In this document: piece after piece, positions 9,147 to 17,819 of the stretch | How the letters are laid out: every line of letters starts with the position of its first letter | How positions within the stretch are numbered: the stretch's first letter is position 1 | Source of the DNA: an uncultured bacterium | Lineage (GTDB): Bacteria > Verrucomicrobiota > Verrucomicrobiia > Limisphaerales > UBA8199 | Length of the DNA: 64,000 bases | Direction: 5' to 3' | NCBI GenBank assembly: GCA_963749495.1 | Contig: CAVVMW010000010.1 | Location: 160,001-224,000 of the forward strand | Notes under the pieces: model-generated | What the model saw: only the letters and a program-made list of their open reading frames with translations | Database searches by the model: none | Told to the model about the DNA's origin: nothing | Program-made: the position numbers and the translations under genes

Positions 9147-10085
9147 TTAGGTGGACAGAGAATGCGCAGGTTGCGCTATCCAGGGCAGCGAATGGACGCA
9201 GTGTTGCCGCCAGCTAGCCGGAAGCGCCTCAGCGCAGCGGTGCGCCCCAGGGCTTCCAGAGACAACACCCGTCACACCTTTCATTTGTAATTCGATTTGC
9301 CCATGGCGGGGACCTTCCTTGAGGCGCCGGGCATCAATGACTATGGGGTGCCGCGCATTGGCGTGGTGAAGTCCGAGTCGCTGGCGGATCTTTCGGAAGT
9401 ACGGGACGTTGCAGCCCATATCGTTTTTCGTCACAGCTTCCAACAGCCGGGTCGTCGCATGGTCGCTGAAGTAGCAGAGGCCAGGGTCGCCGTATGGGCC
9501 AAGCCGGAGCCAACCATCGATCATCATGTAAATGATCCTGTTCTCGAATGGCTCGTGTTGCGCACTGAATTGGTCCATCGTCTTAACCGGAACAACGAAG
9601 TTCTTCCCGTGCCTCTTTTCGAGATCGGCCCTGGCTTGCCCGGCCAACGCCTCAAGGGTGCGGAGGTTCGCTTCGCCCGCGTATCGTCGGTCTTCGTCAG
9701 TCCAGGGGAACCAAAGGCCATGACGTATCTGCGCGCGTACAAGCTTTTTCGCGATGCGCCTTGCGCCCGCAACATCGCCCTCCCGCTCCAACCGCGTCAT
9801 CTCCGCTGGCAAGTAGCGGGGCAGGGTCGCTCCGCCATAGAGCATTTGCAGGACGTGGTTCATTGCCCGTGAGAGGCTCTCGGCGGCCCTGAAAAAACCA
9901 TAGCAATCCGGGTGCAGGTCGCGGACCCCCAGGAGGAACCGCCAGGTGTCCTCTCGTCTTTCGGCCTCGCGGATGATCCAGTCCTGGACGCGCGGGAGGA
10001 TGAAGCGCCCCAGGAAAGGATCGGCCTTTAGCTCTGTGGGCGATTGGCCGGGAGGAAAGAACGTGAACTTCTTAGGGTCACTCAT
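9147..10085 (-). CDS. Hypothetical protein (element)
   Basis: ORF from MSDPKK, starting 2 nt after the integrase stop. Confidence 0.6.
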   Translation of the reverse strand: MSDPKKFTFFPPGQSPTELKADPFLGRFILPRVQDWIIREAERREDTWRFLLGVRDLHPDCYGFFRAAESLSRAMNHVLQMLYGGATLPRYLPAEMTRLEREGDVAGARRIAKKLVRAQIRHGLWFPWTDEDRRYAGEANLRTLEALAGQARADLEKRHGKNFVVPVKTMDQFSAQHEPFENRIIYMMIDGWLRLGPYGDPGLCYFSDHATTRLLEAVTKNDMGCNVPYFRKIRQRLGLHHANARHPIVIDARRLKEGPRHGQIELQMKGVTGVVSGSPGAHRCAEALPASWRQHCVHSLPWIAQPAHSLST

Positions 10086-10087
10086 GC

Positions 10088-11380
10088 TCAAACAGTGGAT
10101 TTCTGGGCCACAGTTGCCGGCTCGAAGCTCAACTTCTCGGCCATTGCCTTCCTGTGCTCGTTGGCGAGGTGGCCGTAAACCTTGCCGATCAAGATCCCGC
10201 CGTCCTTGTGTCCGACCCAGGCGGCAATGGTCATGAAATCGATCCCGCTCATGACGCACATGGAGATGAAATGGTGGCGCAGGTCGTGAAAGCCGAAACT
10301 GGGCATCCCCGCTTTGGCGCGGACCATGCCGAGGGATTCACGGAACGTCTTGGCCGGAATGTCCTTGTCGCCTCGTTGCGGTGATGGGAACACCCACACC
10401 GAGTCCGGGGCAAGGCGCGCGGCCATGTCGTCCAAGTGCGCCCGCAAGCGCGGATTGAAGTCCACCGTGCGCTCCTCGCCGTTCTTCAGGCTCTCGATTC
10501 CCCGGTTCGTCACTTGGCGCCGGACGTGCAATTGCGCGTTCTCAAAGTCCACGTCATCCCATTGCAGCCCCAGGGCCTCATTTCGGCGGCAGCCGCTGTA
10601 GGCCATCACCTTGACGTAATCCGCAAATTCCTGGGCGTTCTCAGTGACCGGCACTTGCTGATCGTTCTCGCCCGCCTTCCTCTCGAATGCGGCCTTGCAA
10701 ATCTTCTCGAGGTCGGCGGTGGTAAAGAGCGGGCGCTTTGACTCAGTTTCCGGCAGAGGCTTCATTCCCTCTACTGGGAGCCGCTGGATTAGCCCGTCCT
10801 CCATTGCCCGCTTCATCACGCAGCGCAGCCCGATCACGTCCAGGTTGATTGTCCGGTTGCATACCTTGGAATCGCCGTGCGAGTCCTGCTCCTTCTGTCG
10901 CGACACAATGAAGCGGTTGACATGCACCCTCTTGATCTGGTCGAGCCGCAACTGGCCTATGGACTCGATCCAACGTCCAAGAACCGTCCGCTCCTTTTCC
11001 ACCGTGGCGGGAGCCTTGGCGCCCTCGCCGGCGGCGATGGCTTCGAGGTAGGTCGGAACGTAATCGGCAAACTTCGGAGTTCGACCCAGGTTGCGCAGCG
11101 TGTTGTCCCCCCTGTGCGTCCGAAGGCGGTTCAACTCCGCAACGGCTTGGGGCACGGTCTGGACAGGGTTGTTGTCCTTGTCCACGAGAGGCACCCATGT
11201 CGTTTTCTTCATGCCGGTGATGGGATTCTCGATGTTCAGCCGCGCGTAATAGCGCCCGTTGCGGACCCATAGCCCGCGAATCTCCTGCTTGCGCCCGTCC
11301 AGGACCTTTGCGAAAGTCTGGCCATGAGATTGACGCTGGTTGATGTCTGGATTGTTTCGTTCTGTTTCGGCTCGTTTCAT
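10088..11380 (-). CDS. int: Tyrosine recombinase/integrase
   Basis: Catalytic residues R (SGCRRNE), K, HxxR (FHDLRH), H (VGH) and Y (VYGH); adjacent to att/tRNA. Confidence 0.95.
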   Translation of the reverse strand: MKRAETERNNPDINQRQSHGQTFAKVLDGRKQEIRGLWVRNGRYYARLNIENPITGMKKTTWVPLVDKDNNPVQTVPQAVAELNRLRTHRGDNTLRNLGRTPKFADYVPTYLEAIAAGEGAKAPATVEKERTVLGRWIESIGQLRLDQIKRVHVNRFIVSRQKEQDSHGDSKVCNRTINLDVIGLRCVMKRAMEDGLIQRLPVEGMKPLPETESKRPLFTTADLEKICKAAFERKAGENDQQVPVTENAQEFADYVKVMAYSGCRRNEALGLQWDDVDFENAQLHVRRQVTNRGIESLKNGEERTVDFNPRLRAHLDDMAARLAPDSVWVFPSPQRGDKDIPAKTFRESLGMVRAKAGMPSFGFHDLRHHFISMCVMSGIDFMTIAAWVGHKDGGILIGKVYGHLANEHRKAMAEKLSFEPATVAQKSTV

Positions 11381-11388
11381 GCCCTAGC

Positions 11389-11410
11389 AGTGTCACAATT
11401 AGTGTCACAG
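11389..11410 (+). promoter_or_regulatory. Putative integrase arm-type binding site (right)
   Basis: Identical 22-mer to 1875-1896; 8 nt upstream of the int start codon. Confidence 0.7.
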
Positions 11411-11472
11411 CGTCAATCTCAGATTTTAGCCGAAGTCGTAAGTCATTGTATTTAAATGTAATTCTCTTGCTT

Positions 11473-11560
11473 GCCGGTGTGGCGAAATGGCAGACGCACA
11501 GGACTTAAAATCCTGGGGCCTTAAAAAGCCGTGTGGGTTCAAGTCCCACCACCGGCACCA
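11473..11560 (+). tRNA. tRNA-Leu (anticodon TAA)
   Basis: GCCGGTG/CACCGGC acceptor stem, CAGGA-CTTAAAA-TCCTG anticodon arm, long variable arm, GTTCAAGTC T-loop, encoded CCA. Confidence 0.97.
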
Positions 11561-11649
11561 CTGCACTGCCAGGCGCCTCGAAAGCGGCCCGCCGGTTGCT
11601 GGGCCGCGCTGGGCCTGCCCTTTCTATGAACCGTCGCCCAGCCCGCAAG

Positions 11650-11729
11650 GTTTTGGACTGCGCCAGTCCTCTGGCGCTTTCGCGTGCCCAGGTTCCAAAG
11701 AGCGCCAGAGGACTGGCGCAGTCCAAAAC
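11650..11729. repeat. REP-like palindrome family A
   Basis: gttttggactgcgccagtcctctggcgct...agcgccagaggactggcgcagtccaaaac; other copies at 17657-17736 and (collapsed) ~49326-49350. Confidence 0.9.
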
Positions 11730-11785
11730 GCTTCGCGGCTTCGGGCGCCATGCACCAGGGGTTCATGGTTGCCATGCACGAAGTC

Positions 11786-12568
11786 TCACTGCGGGGAGGA
11801 CGCCGGCCGGGGGGGCAGGGGCTCGGGAGGGCGGGTGCCGGGAGGGACTCGGGGCCGGCGGCGCATGTTGTTGCGGAACCAGAGCCGCCAGACCATCAGG
11901 ATGGCCTCGCGGATGATACGGCGGGACATCTTGGAGCGGCCCTGGAAACGGTCGGTGAAGATGATCGGCACCTCAACGATCTTCAGGCCCTGGCTCCAGA
12001 GTTCGTGGGTCATCTCGACCTGGAAACTGTAGCCGGTGGAGCGGATGGCGTCGAGGTTGACGGCCTCGAGGGCGCGCCGGCGGAAGCACTTGTAGCCGCC
12101 GGTCGGGTCGGTGAAAGGCATCCCGGTGACGATCTGGACGTATTTGGCGGCGCAACTGCTGAGCAGGAGCCGGCTCAGCGGCCAATTGATGATGCGGATG
12201 CCATTGAGGTAGCGCGAGCCGAGGACCAGGTCCGCCTCTTTGGCGGCCTGGAGGAACACCGGGATGTCATCCGGGTTATGGGAGAAATCGCCGTCCAGCT
12301 CGAAGACGAACTGGTAGTGGCGCTCCAAGGCCCACTTGAACCCGGCGATGTAGGCCGGGCCCAGGCCGCTCTTGTCCTTCCGGTGCAGGACGTGGACGGC
12401 GGGGTGCTTGGCCGCCAGATCGTCGGCCAGTTTGCCGGTCCCATCCGGCGAATTGTCGTCCACCACCAGCAGGTCTATGGGGACGGGCAGGGCCAGAAGC
12501 CGTGCCGCGAGCGAAGGGAGGTTCTCCCGCTCGTTGTATGTCGGCACTACCACCAGGGTGCTGTTCAT
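11786..12568 (-). CDS. Polyprenol monophosphomannose synthase (GT2, Dpm1/Ppm1-like)
   Basis: VVPTYNEREN, VDDNSPDGT, ELDGDFSH, GSRY, GYSFQVE and RFQGRSKM motifs. Confidence 0.93.
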   Translation of the reverse strand: MNSTLVVVPTYNERENLPSLAARLLALPVPIDLLVVDDNSPDGTGKLADDLAAKHPAVHVLHRKDKSGLGPAYIAGFKWALERHYQFVFELDGDFSHNPDDIPVFLQAAKEADLVLGSRYLNGIRIINWPLSRLLLSSCAAKYVQIVTGMPFTDPTGGYKCFRRRALEAVNLDAIRSTGYSFQVEMTHELWSQGLKIVEVPIIFTDRFQGRSKMSRRIIREAILMVWRLWFRNNMRRRPRVPPGTRPPEPLPPRPASSPQ

Positions 12569-12643
12569 GCAAATGACGCCGGCAGATTCATAAACGAGCC
12601 GGTGCCCGAAAACAAGCGGGGATTTTTGGCGTTGACCGGGTTG

Positions 12644-12817
12644 GGGCGCATCCCGACACTGCCCGCGGAGTGCGCCCGTCCCCGGGCGCAGCAGCGACGG
12701 AGCGGGCAGGCGCGCTTGAGTATTTGACCGCTGCCCTGGCTCCGGACGTCGCTGCGCCCGAGGACGGGCGCACTCCGGCCCTGCCCCCGGCGGTGGGGCC
12801 AGTGTGGGAATGCGCTC
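12644..12817. mobile_element. MITE-like shell with internal REP pair
   Basis: Terminal IR gggcgcatcccgacactg/cagtgtgggaatgcgctc enclosing cggagtgcgcccgtcc...ggacgggcgcactccg; the same shell type occurs at 44075-44188. Confidence 0.65.
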
Positions 12818-12840
12818 GTCGCGAGCAAACCAACAGATCT

Positions 12841-15072
12841 ATGGCTGTCGATACTGAGAAAGACCTCAAATCCCTCGAAGAACGCGACCGGGAATGGCTG
12901 GAGAGGGTGTATCGCGGGGACAAAGAGAAGGACCTGACGCCGCGCGCCGTGCTGGTGGGGATGCTCTTTGGCGGGTTGATGTCGCTCTCCAATCTCTATG
13001 TGGGGCTCAAGTCGGGTTGGGGCCTGGACGTGGGCATCGCAGCGATCATCGTCAGCTTTTCCTTGTTCAAGGGTTTGCAGGCGCTCGGGCTGGTGAGGCG
13101 CCAGTTCGGGATGATGGAGAGCACGATGACGATGACCGTGTCGGTCGCGGCGAGCTGGCTCTCGTCGGCGGGGCTGGTTTCGGCGGTGCCGGCGCTGACG
13201 ATGCTCACTGGCTACCAATTCGTCTGGTGGAGACTCACCCTGCTCCTGGCCACCATCCTCTATCTGGGGATATTTGTGGCCATCCCGCTCAAGCGGCAGA
13301 TGATCCAGATCGAGTCGTTGCGTTTCCCCGTGAGCATTCCCTGCGGCGAGACGCTCAAGGCCATGTACTCGCACGGGGGCCAGGCGGTGCAAAAGGCCAA
13401 GAGCCTGGGCTTGGCGGGCTGCGTCGGAATGCTCGTCGCCGGGTTTCGCGACGGCTTCCACCTGATTCCGGCCCAGTTGGGCCTCCCTCTGCGAATCGGC
13501 GGCGTCAGCCTCAGCAAGCTCACGCTCACCCTGGAGCCGAGCCTGATTTTCATCGGCATGGGCGCGCTCTTTGGCATGAAGGTGGGCATGAGCATGCTCC
13601 TGGGGGTCATCGTGAATTACGGCATCCTGGCGCCGCATTACATCAACGGCAAGGTCATCCATCACGCCCCGCCGCAGGTCCAGGCGGTCTCCGCGCCCGC
13701 GCTGCCTCTTTCGCTGCCCGCGGGCGCCAGCCTCAGCGTCGTGCTGGCCGAGGCCAATGCCGGGCCGGAACTCTCGTCGGGGACCAATTCCCGCATCCTG
13801 CGCTATGCCTGGAGCCAGCCGGCCGCATACGACCGCTTGGCGGACATCGCGCGCGATCTGTCCGCGCCGGTCCTCAAAGACGGTTCGCCCAATCCGCTTT
13901 ATGGCCTGGTCACCGCAGCCAGTGTGAACAGCAAGACGCTCGGCACAAACGTCCTGGCTCTCGAAGCCCCCTGGGCCACCAACTGGGAAGCCGCGCTCTC
14001 CATCCCGACCAACCAACCCCCGGACATCGTCAAGGCGCTCGGGTTCAAATCCGGAGCGCGCGACTTCCGCCCCGTTGGCGGCTTCAGGAATATCAGCGCC
14101 TGGTCGCTCTGGCCCGGGGCGACGGTCCTGGTGGTGGGGGGATTGCTGATGCTGGCCTTCCAATGGCGCACGCTGGGGCGCACGTTTGCCGGCCTCTTCG
14201 CCGGTTTGGGCGGCGGCAAGAATGCGCCCGAGACTGCGCTGAGCCGGGTGGAAGTCCCGATGTTGTGGTTTGTCATCGGGTTCGTCGTGACCGGGACGCT
14301 GGCGGCGGCGCTGCTGGTCTGGCTGTTCGCGATTCACTGGTACATGGGCGTGCTGGGCGTGGTCCTGAGCTTCTTTTTGGCCGCCGTGGCCGCGCGGGCC
14401 TTGGCCGAGACGAGCATCAACCCCCTCGGCGCGCTGGGCAAGGTCACGCAGTTGACCTACGGTGTGGTGGCGCCGGGCAACATCCCCGCCAGCCTGATGA
14501 CTGCCTGTGTCACCGCCGGCGCCGCGTGCAGTTGCGGAGACACCATCGGCAATCTGAAGGTCGGCCACATGGTGGGCGCCAATCCCCGCAAGCAACTGGC
14601 CGCCCAACTCTGCGGCGTGCTGGCCGGGGCATTTCTGGCGGTGCCGGCCTATTTTGTCCTGGTGCCCGATGCCAACACGCTGGGGGGCGAGAAGTTCCCC
14701 GCCCCCTCGGCGCTGGTCTGGATGGGCGTGGCCAAGGTGCTCTCACAGGGGATCAAGACCCTGCCGCCCAGCGCCGTCACGGCCATGGCTATCGCCGCCG
14801 CCCTCGGAGTCGTCATCGTCCTCATCGACCGCCTCTTCCCCAAACTCAAACCCTACACCCCCTCCCCGACCGCCCTGGGCATCTCCTTGACGATACCCGG
14901 GAGCACCAGTGTTGCCATGTTCCTCGGGGCGCTCATCGTGTGGATACTCGAACGGGCCGCCGCCCGGTGGAACGACCTCTACACTGTCGCTCTCGCCTCG
15001 GGCGGCATTGCCGGCGAGAGCATCATGGGCGTCATCCTGGCCGTCCTGGCCGCCCTGGGCGTCCTCAAATGA
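12841..15072 (+). CDS. OPT family oligopeptide transporter
   Basis: LTPRAV...NLYVGLKSG, LRFP, G..VGANPRKQ, FPAPSA..W and ASGGIAGES motifs; many TM helices. Confidence 0.9.
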   Translation: MAVDTEKDLKSLEERDREWLERVYRGDKEKDLTPRAVLVGMLFGGLMSLSNLYVGLKSGWGLDVGIAAIIVSFSLFKGLQALGLVRRQFGMMESTMTMTVSVAASWLSSAGLVSAVPALTMLTGYQFVWWRLTLLLATILYLGIFVAIPLKRQMIQIESLRFPVSIPCGETLKAMYSHGGQAVQKAKSLGLAGCVGMLVAGFRDGFHLIPAQLGLPLRIGGVSLSKLTLTLEPSLIFIGMGALFGMKVGMSMLLGVIVNYGILAPHYINGKVIHHAPPQVQAVSAPALPLSLPAGASLSVVLAEANAGPELSSGTNSRILRYAWSQPAAYDRLADIARDLSAPVLKDGSPNPLYGLVTAASVNSKTLGTNVLALEAPWATNWEAALSIPTNQPPDIVKALGFKSGARDFRPVGGFRNISAWSLWPGATVLVVGGLLMLAFQWRTLGRTFAGLFAGLGGGKNAPETALSRVEVPMLWFVIGFVVTGTLAAALLVWLFAIHWYMGVLGVVLSFFLAAVAARALAETSINPLGALGKVTQLTYGVVAPGNIPASLMTACVTAGAACSCGDTIGNLKVGHMVGANPRKQLAAQLCGVLAGAFLAVPAYFVLVPDANTLGGEKFPAPSALVWMGVAKVLSQGIKTLPPSAVTAMAIAAALGVVIVLIDRLFPKLKPYTPSPTALGISLTIPGSTSVAMFLGALIVWILERAAARWNDLYTVALASGGIAGESIMGVILAVLAALGVLK

Positions 15073-15277
15073 GAATGGATAAGTGCATTATTGGATTAGT
15101 GGATTGGTGGACGCGCCCCGACCGGTTTCACGTTTCACGTTTCACGTTTCGCGGTCTTGAATGACCAATAGCTAATAGCCAATAGCCAATTCTTCACGCC
15201 TCACGTTTCACGCCTCACGTTTCACTTCGCGCCAGCATTGCATTGCCCCGGCCCTCTGCGCTATCTTCGCCTCAACT

Positions 15278-16603
15278 ATGAAACTCTTCTCCAGCAAATA
15301 CCTCCTCGCACTGGTTTCCGCAGCCTCTCTGGCCCTGGGCGCCGTTGCCGGGGACTTTTTTGTCCGCGACGGCGATCGCCTCGTTTTTCTGGGCGACAGC
15401 ATCACCGAGCAACGACTCTACACGACGTACATCGAGGCCTACGCGCTTACGCGGCACCCGGACTGGAAGCTCACGTTTCGCAACGTGGGCTGGGGCGGTG
15501 ACACTGCGTGGCTGCGGCAGCGGTCTCACCCCGACGAGCGCCAATTGTTCGAGGCCGAGCCCGATGCCCAGCAGAAGATGGTCGAGGAGGCGGTCGGGCG
15601 CGGGCTTGGCCGGGACGTGCTCCCCCTCAAGCCGAGCGTGGTCACGATCAAGTTCGGCATGAACGACCACGCCTACCAGGCCTTCCGCCAGGACATCTTC
15701 CGGGCTTACGCTCGCAGCCAGGAGCAACTGGCCAAAGTGCTGGAGGCCAACGGCGCCCGCGTGGCCTTCCTGACGCCCCAGCCCATCGAAGACAAACGGC
15801 CCGACCCGGACAAGGACGCGCGCAATCAATCCCTGCGCAAGTTCTCCGACGGCCTCAAGGAGGTCGCCGCCAGGACCGGCGCCGCATTCGTGGACCAGTT
15901 CGACCCTTACATGGCCATCCTGGTGCGCGAGCGCGCCGGCAACCCCTCGGGCTTTGTCGGCGGGGGCGACGCTGTCCATCCCGGCCCCATCGGCCATACC
16001 GTCATGGCCTGGGCCATCCTCAAGGCGCTGGGCGCCCCGGACCTGGTCTCGAGGGCGGAGATCGACGCGGCGGCCCCAAAACTCCTGGCCGCCCAAGGCT
16101 GCCGTATCGAGAACGTGAACCTGGCCGATGGCACGCTGAGCTTTGTCCGCTGGGACGACGCCCTGCCCATGCCAATCAACGCGCGGGCCGAACGAGCCCT
16201 GGAGCTGGCGCCCATCCTCGCCGACCTGAGCCGCTATGAGCTGCGGGTGACCGGCCTGCCGGCCGGCGCCTATGAGGTGGTGATCAACGGCGAGACCGTC
16301 GCCAAATTCAGCAGCGAAGACCTGGCCAAGGGCTGCAACCTGACCACGACCGCCGGGCCGGTTACCCGCCAGGCCCGCCAGGTCCTGAGCCTGGTCGTCA
16401 AGAAGAACGACGCCTTCTACAACCGCTGGCGCAACGTGCAGCTCTATGGTTTCCCGTCCTGGGCCCAAGGCCCCGAGATGGAAGCCCGGCGCACTGCCGA
16501 GTTGGCGCGCCTGGATGGGGAAATCGCCGCCCAGGAGACCGCCATCTTTCACGCCCGCCAGCCCAAGCAGCGCCATTTCACCGTCAAGCGCAGCGCAGAG
16601 TAA
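15278..16603 (+). CDS. Secreted SGNH/GDSL hydrolase
   Basis: Signal peptide; FLGDSIT, FGMND and DAVHP catalytic blocks. Confidence 0.9.
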   Translation: MKLFSSKYLLALVSAASLALGAVAGDFFVRDGDRLVFLGDSITEQRLYTTYIEAYALTRHPDWKLTFRNVGWGGDTAWLRQRSHPDERQLFEAEPDAQQKMVEEAVGRGLGRDVLPLKPSVVTIKFGMNDHAYQAFRQDIFRAYARSQEQLAKVLEANGARVAFLTPQPIEDKRPDPDKDARNQSLRKFSDGLKEVAARTGAAFVDQFDPYMAILVRERAGNPSGFVGGGDAVHPGPIGHTVMAWAILKALGAPDLVSRAEIDAAAPKLLAAQGCRIENVNLADGTLSFVRWDDALPMPINARAERALELAPILADLSRYELRVTGLPAGAYEVVINGETVAKFSSEDLAKGCNLTTTAGPVTRQARQVLSLVVKKNDAFYNRWRNVQLYGFPSWAQGPEMEARRTAELARLDGEIAAQETAIFHARQPKQRHFTVKRSAE

Positions 16604-16791
16604 GGATGCGTCGCGTAGTAGCGATGGGCTTAAGCAACAGTCTGTAAGCCCCAATGCCACTGGGGTCCATGCTCGGCCTGGAGGGACGCGTGACAAGAGC
16701 CCGACGTTTCGACGTTAGGCTCAGTCATACAAAGGCGCCAGGCTGGTTCGGGCGGGCAATGAAACCGCAGAGACGCAAAGAACGCCCAGCA

Positions 16792-17277
16792 TTACGTATC
16801 GGTGAGCAGCGAATCGCTGAAGGCCTGTAGGGCGGCAAACAACTCCAGCTTTCGCAAATTCCAGTCGGCAGCCAGGCGGGCCAACCGGGTCGGATCGAGG
16901 CTCACGTCGTAGCTGTGCCGGAACACATGGCGGAAGCCTCGCAGATCATGGAGCAGGGGCCTCAGGCCCTCCGTGAGCACCGCTGAACGCACGCCCGGTA
17001 TGTCCAGGAACATCTTGTCGAGCAATTCGCGGTGCCAGCGGGACACCTCCACGACGTGATTCTCGAAGGTTCGGGAGACCTGTTCAAACGAGTTTTCCAA
17101 GGCGTTGTAGAGGTTGTGCAACAGGTAGCCGGCCGCCGCCCAATCCCGGAACGCGCCGCTCCCCGGCGCGAGCGCCGTCACAATGGGCGCGAGCTCCGCG
17201 TCCATGCGCCGAATCGCCTCCAGGTCGTGCCGCAGCACGGCGCACAATGAGGCCCGTGCGGCGGTCTCAGGCCTCAT
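16792..17277 (-). CDS. HEPN ribonuclease toxin (HepT-like)
   Basis: LHNLYNALEN, WHRELL and RX4H motif RHVFRHSY; overlaps the MNT stop. Confidence 0.85.
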   Translation of the reverse strand: MRPETAARASLCAVLRHDLEAIRRMDAELAPIVTALAPGSGAFRDWAAAGYLLHNLYNALENSFEQVSRTFENHVVEVSRWHRELLDKMFLDIPGVRSAVLTEGLRPLLHDLRGFRHVFRHSYDVSLDPTRLARLAADWNLRKLELFAALQAFSDSLLTDT

Positions 17278-17578
17278 ACAAGAGCTTTCCCCAGCGCCGC
17301 ACCTCCTCTTTGAGAGCTCCACTGGCGGTCTCCCAACGCACTAAGTCCACGGGCAAATCCAGCCGCGGACACAGTTCCGACCACGTCCGCTCCAACTCGC
17401 CCGCGGGCAGCCCTTCGACAGCAAAGTCCAGATCCGAGCGCCAGTCCAGGTTCCTGCCTTTAGCAGCCGAGCCAAAAAGCCAAACGCGCTTGACCCCGGC
17501 CCGGCGCGAGAGCAGCTCGGCCGCCAGCGCCACGTCGCGGGCGATAAGCTTGGCAGGGATACGGCCATTTACGCTCAT
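17267..17578 (-). CDS. Minimal nucleotidyltransferase antitoxin (MntA-like)
   Basis: LFGSAAKG...SDLDFAV...VDLV; promoter TTGTCA-17-TATTCT 7 nt before the ATG. Confidence 0.88.
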   Translation of the reverse strand: MSVNGRIPAKLIARDVALAAELLSRRAGVKRVWLFGSAAKGRNLDWRSDLDFAVEGLPAGELERTWSELCPRLDLPVDLVRWETASGALKEEVRRWGKLLYEA

Positions 17579-17656
17579 GCAATTCAGAATACGCTGTTGT
17601 CGGAGGGTTGACAAGACGAAGGACGAAGGACGAATGAGCGGGCGAAGTCGCGAAGC

Positions 17657-17736
17657 GTTTTGGACTGCGCCAGTCCTCTGGCGCTTTTTGGACCCAGGGG
17701 ACGCGAAAGCGCCAGAGGACTGGCGCAGTCCAAAAC
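17657..17736. repeat. REP-like palindrome family A
   Basis: Near-identical arms to 11650-11729, in the opposite orientation. Confidence 0.9.
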
Positions 17737-17819
17737 CTTCGGATCTGGCGTCGGTTCATGAAGGCGCGGGAATGGCGCGCACTCCAGGCGCTTGGCGAGG
17801 TCGGCCGCGCGTCTCTGCC

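Larger units (their letters stand above)
1711..11511. mobile_element. Integrative element / phage-satellite-like island inserted in tRNA-Leu(UAA)
   Basis: 41-bp direct repeats at 1711-1751 and 11471-11511; integrase next to the right repeat; Xis-like and primase-helicase genes; no recognisable capsid or tail genes. Confidence 0.92.

Noticed and set aside
1711..11511. Complete prophage or conjugative element
   Set aside because: No capsid, tail, lysis, relaxase or type IV secretion genes are recognisable within 9.8 kb.
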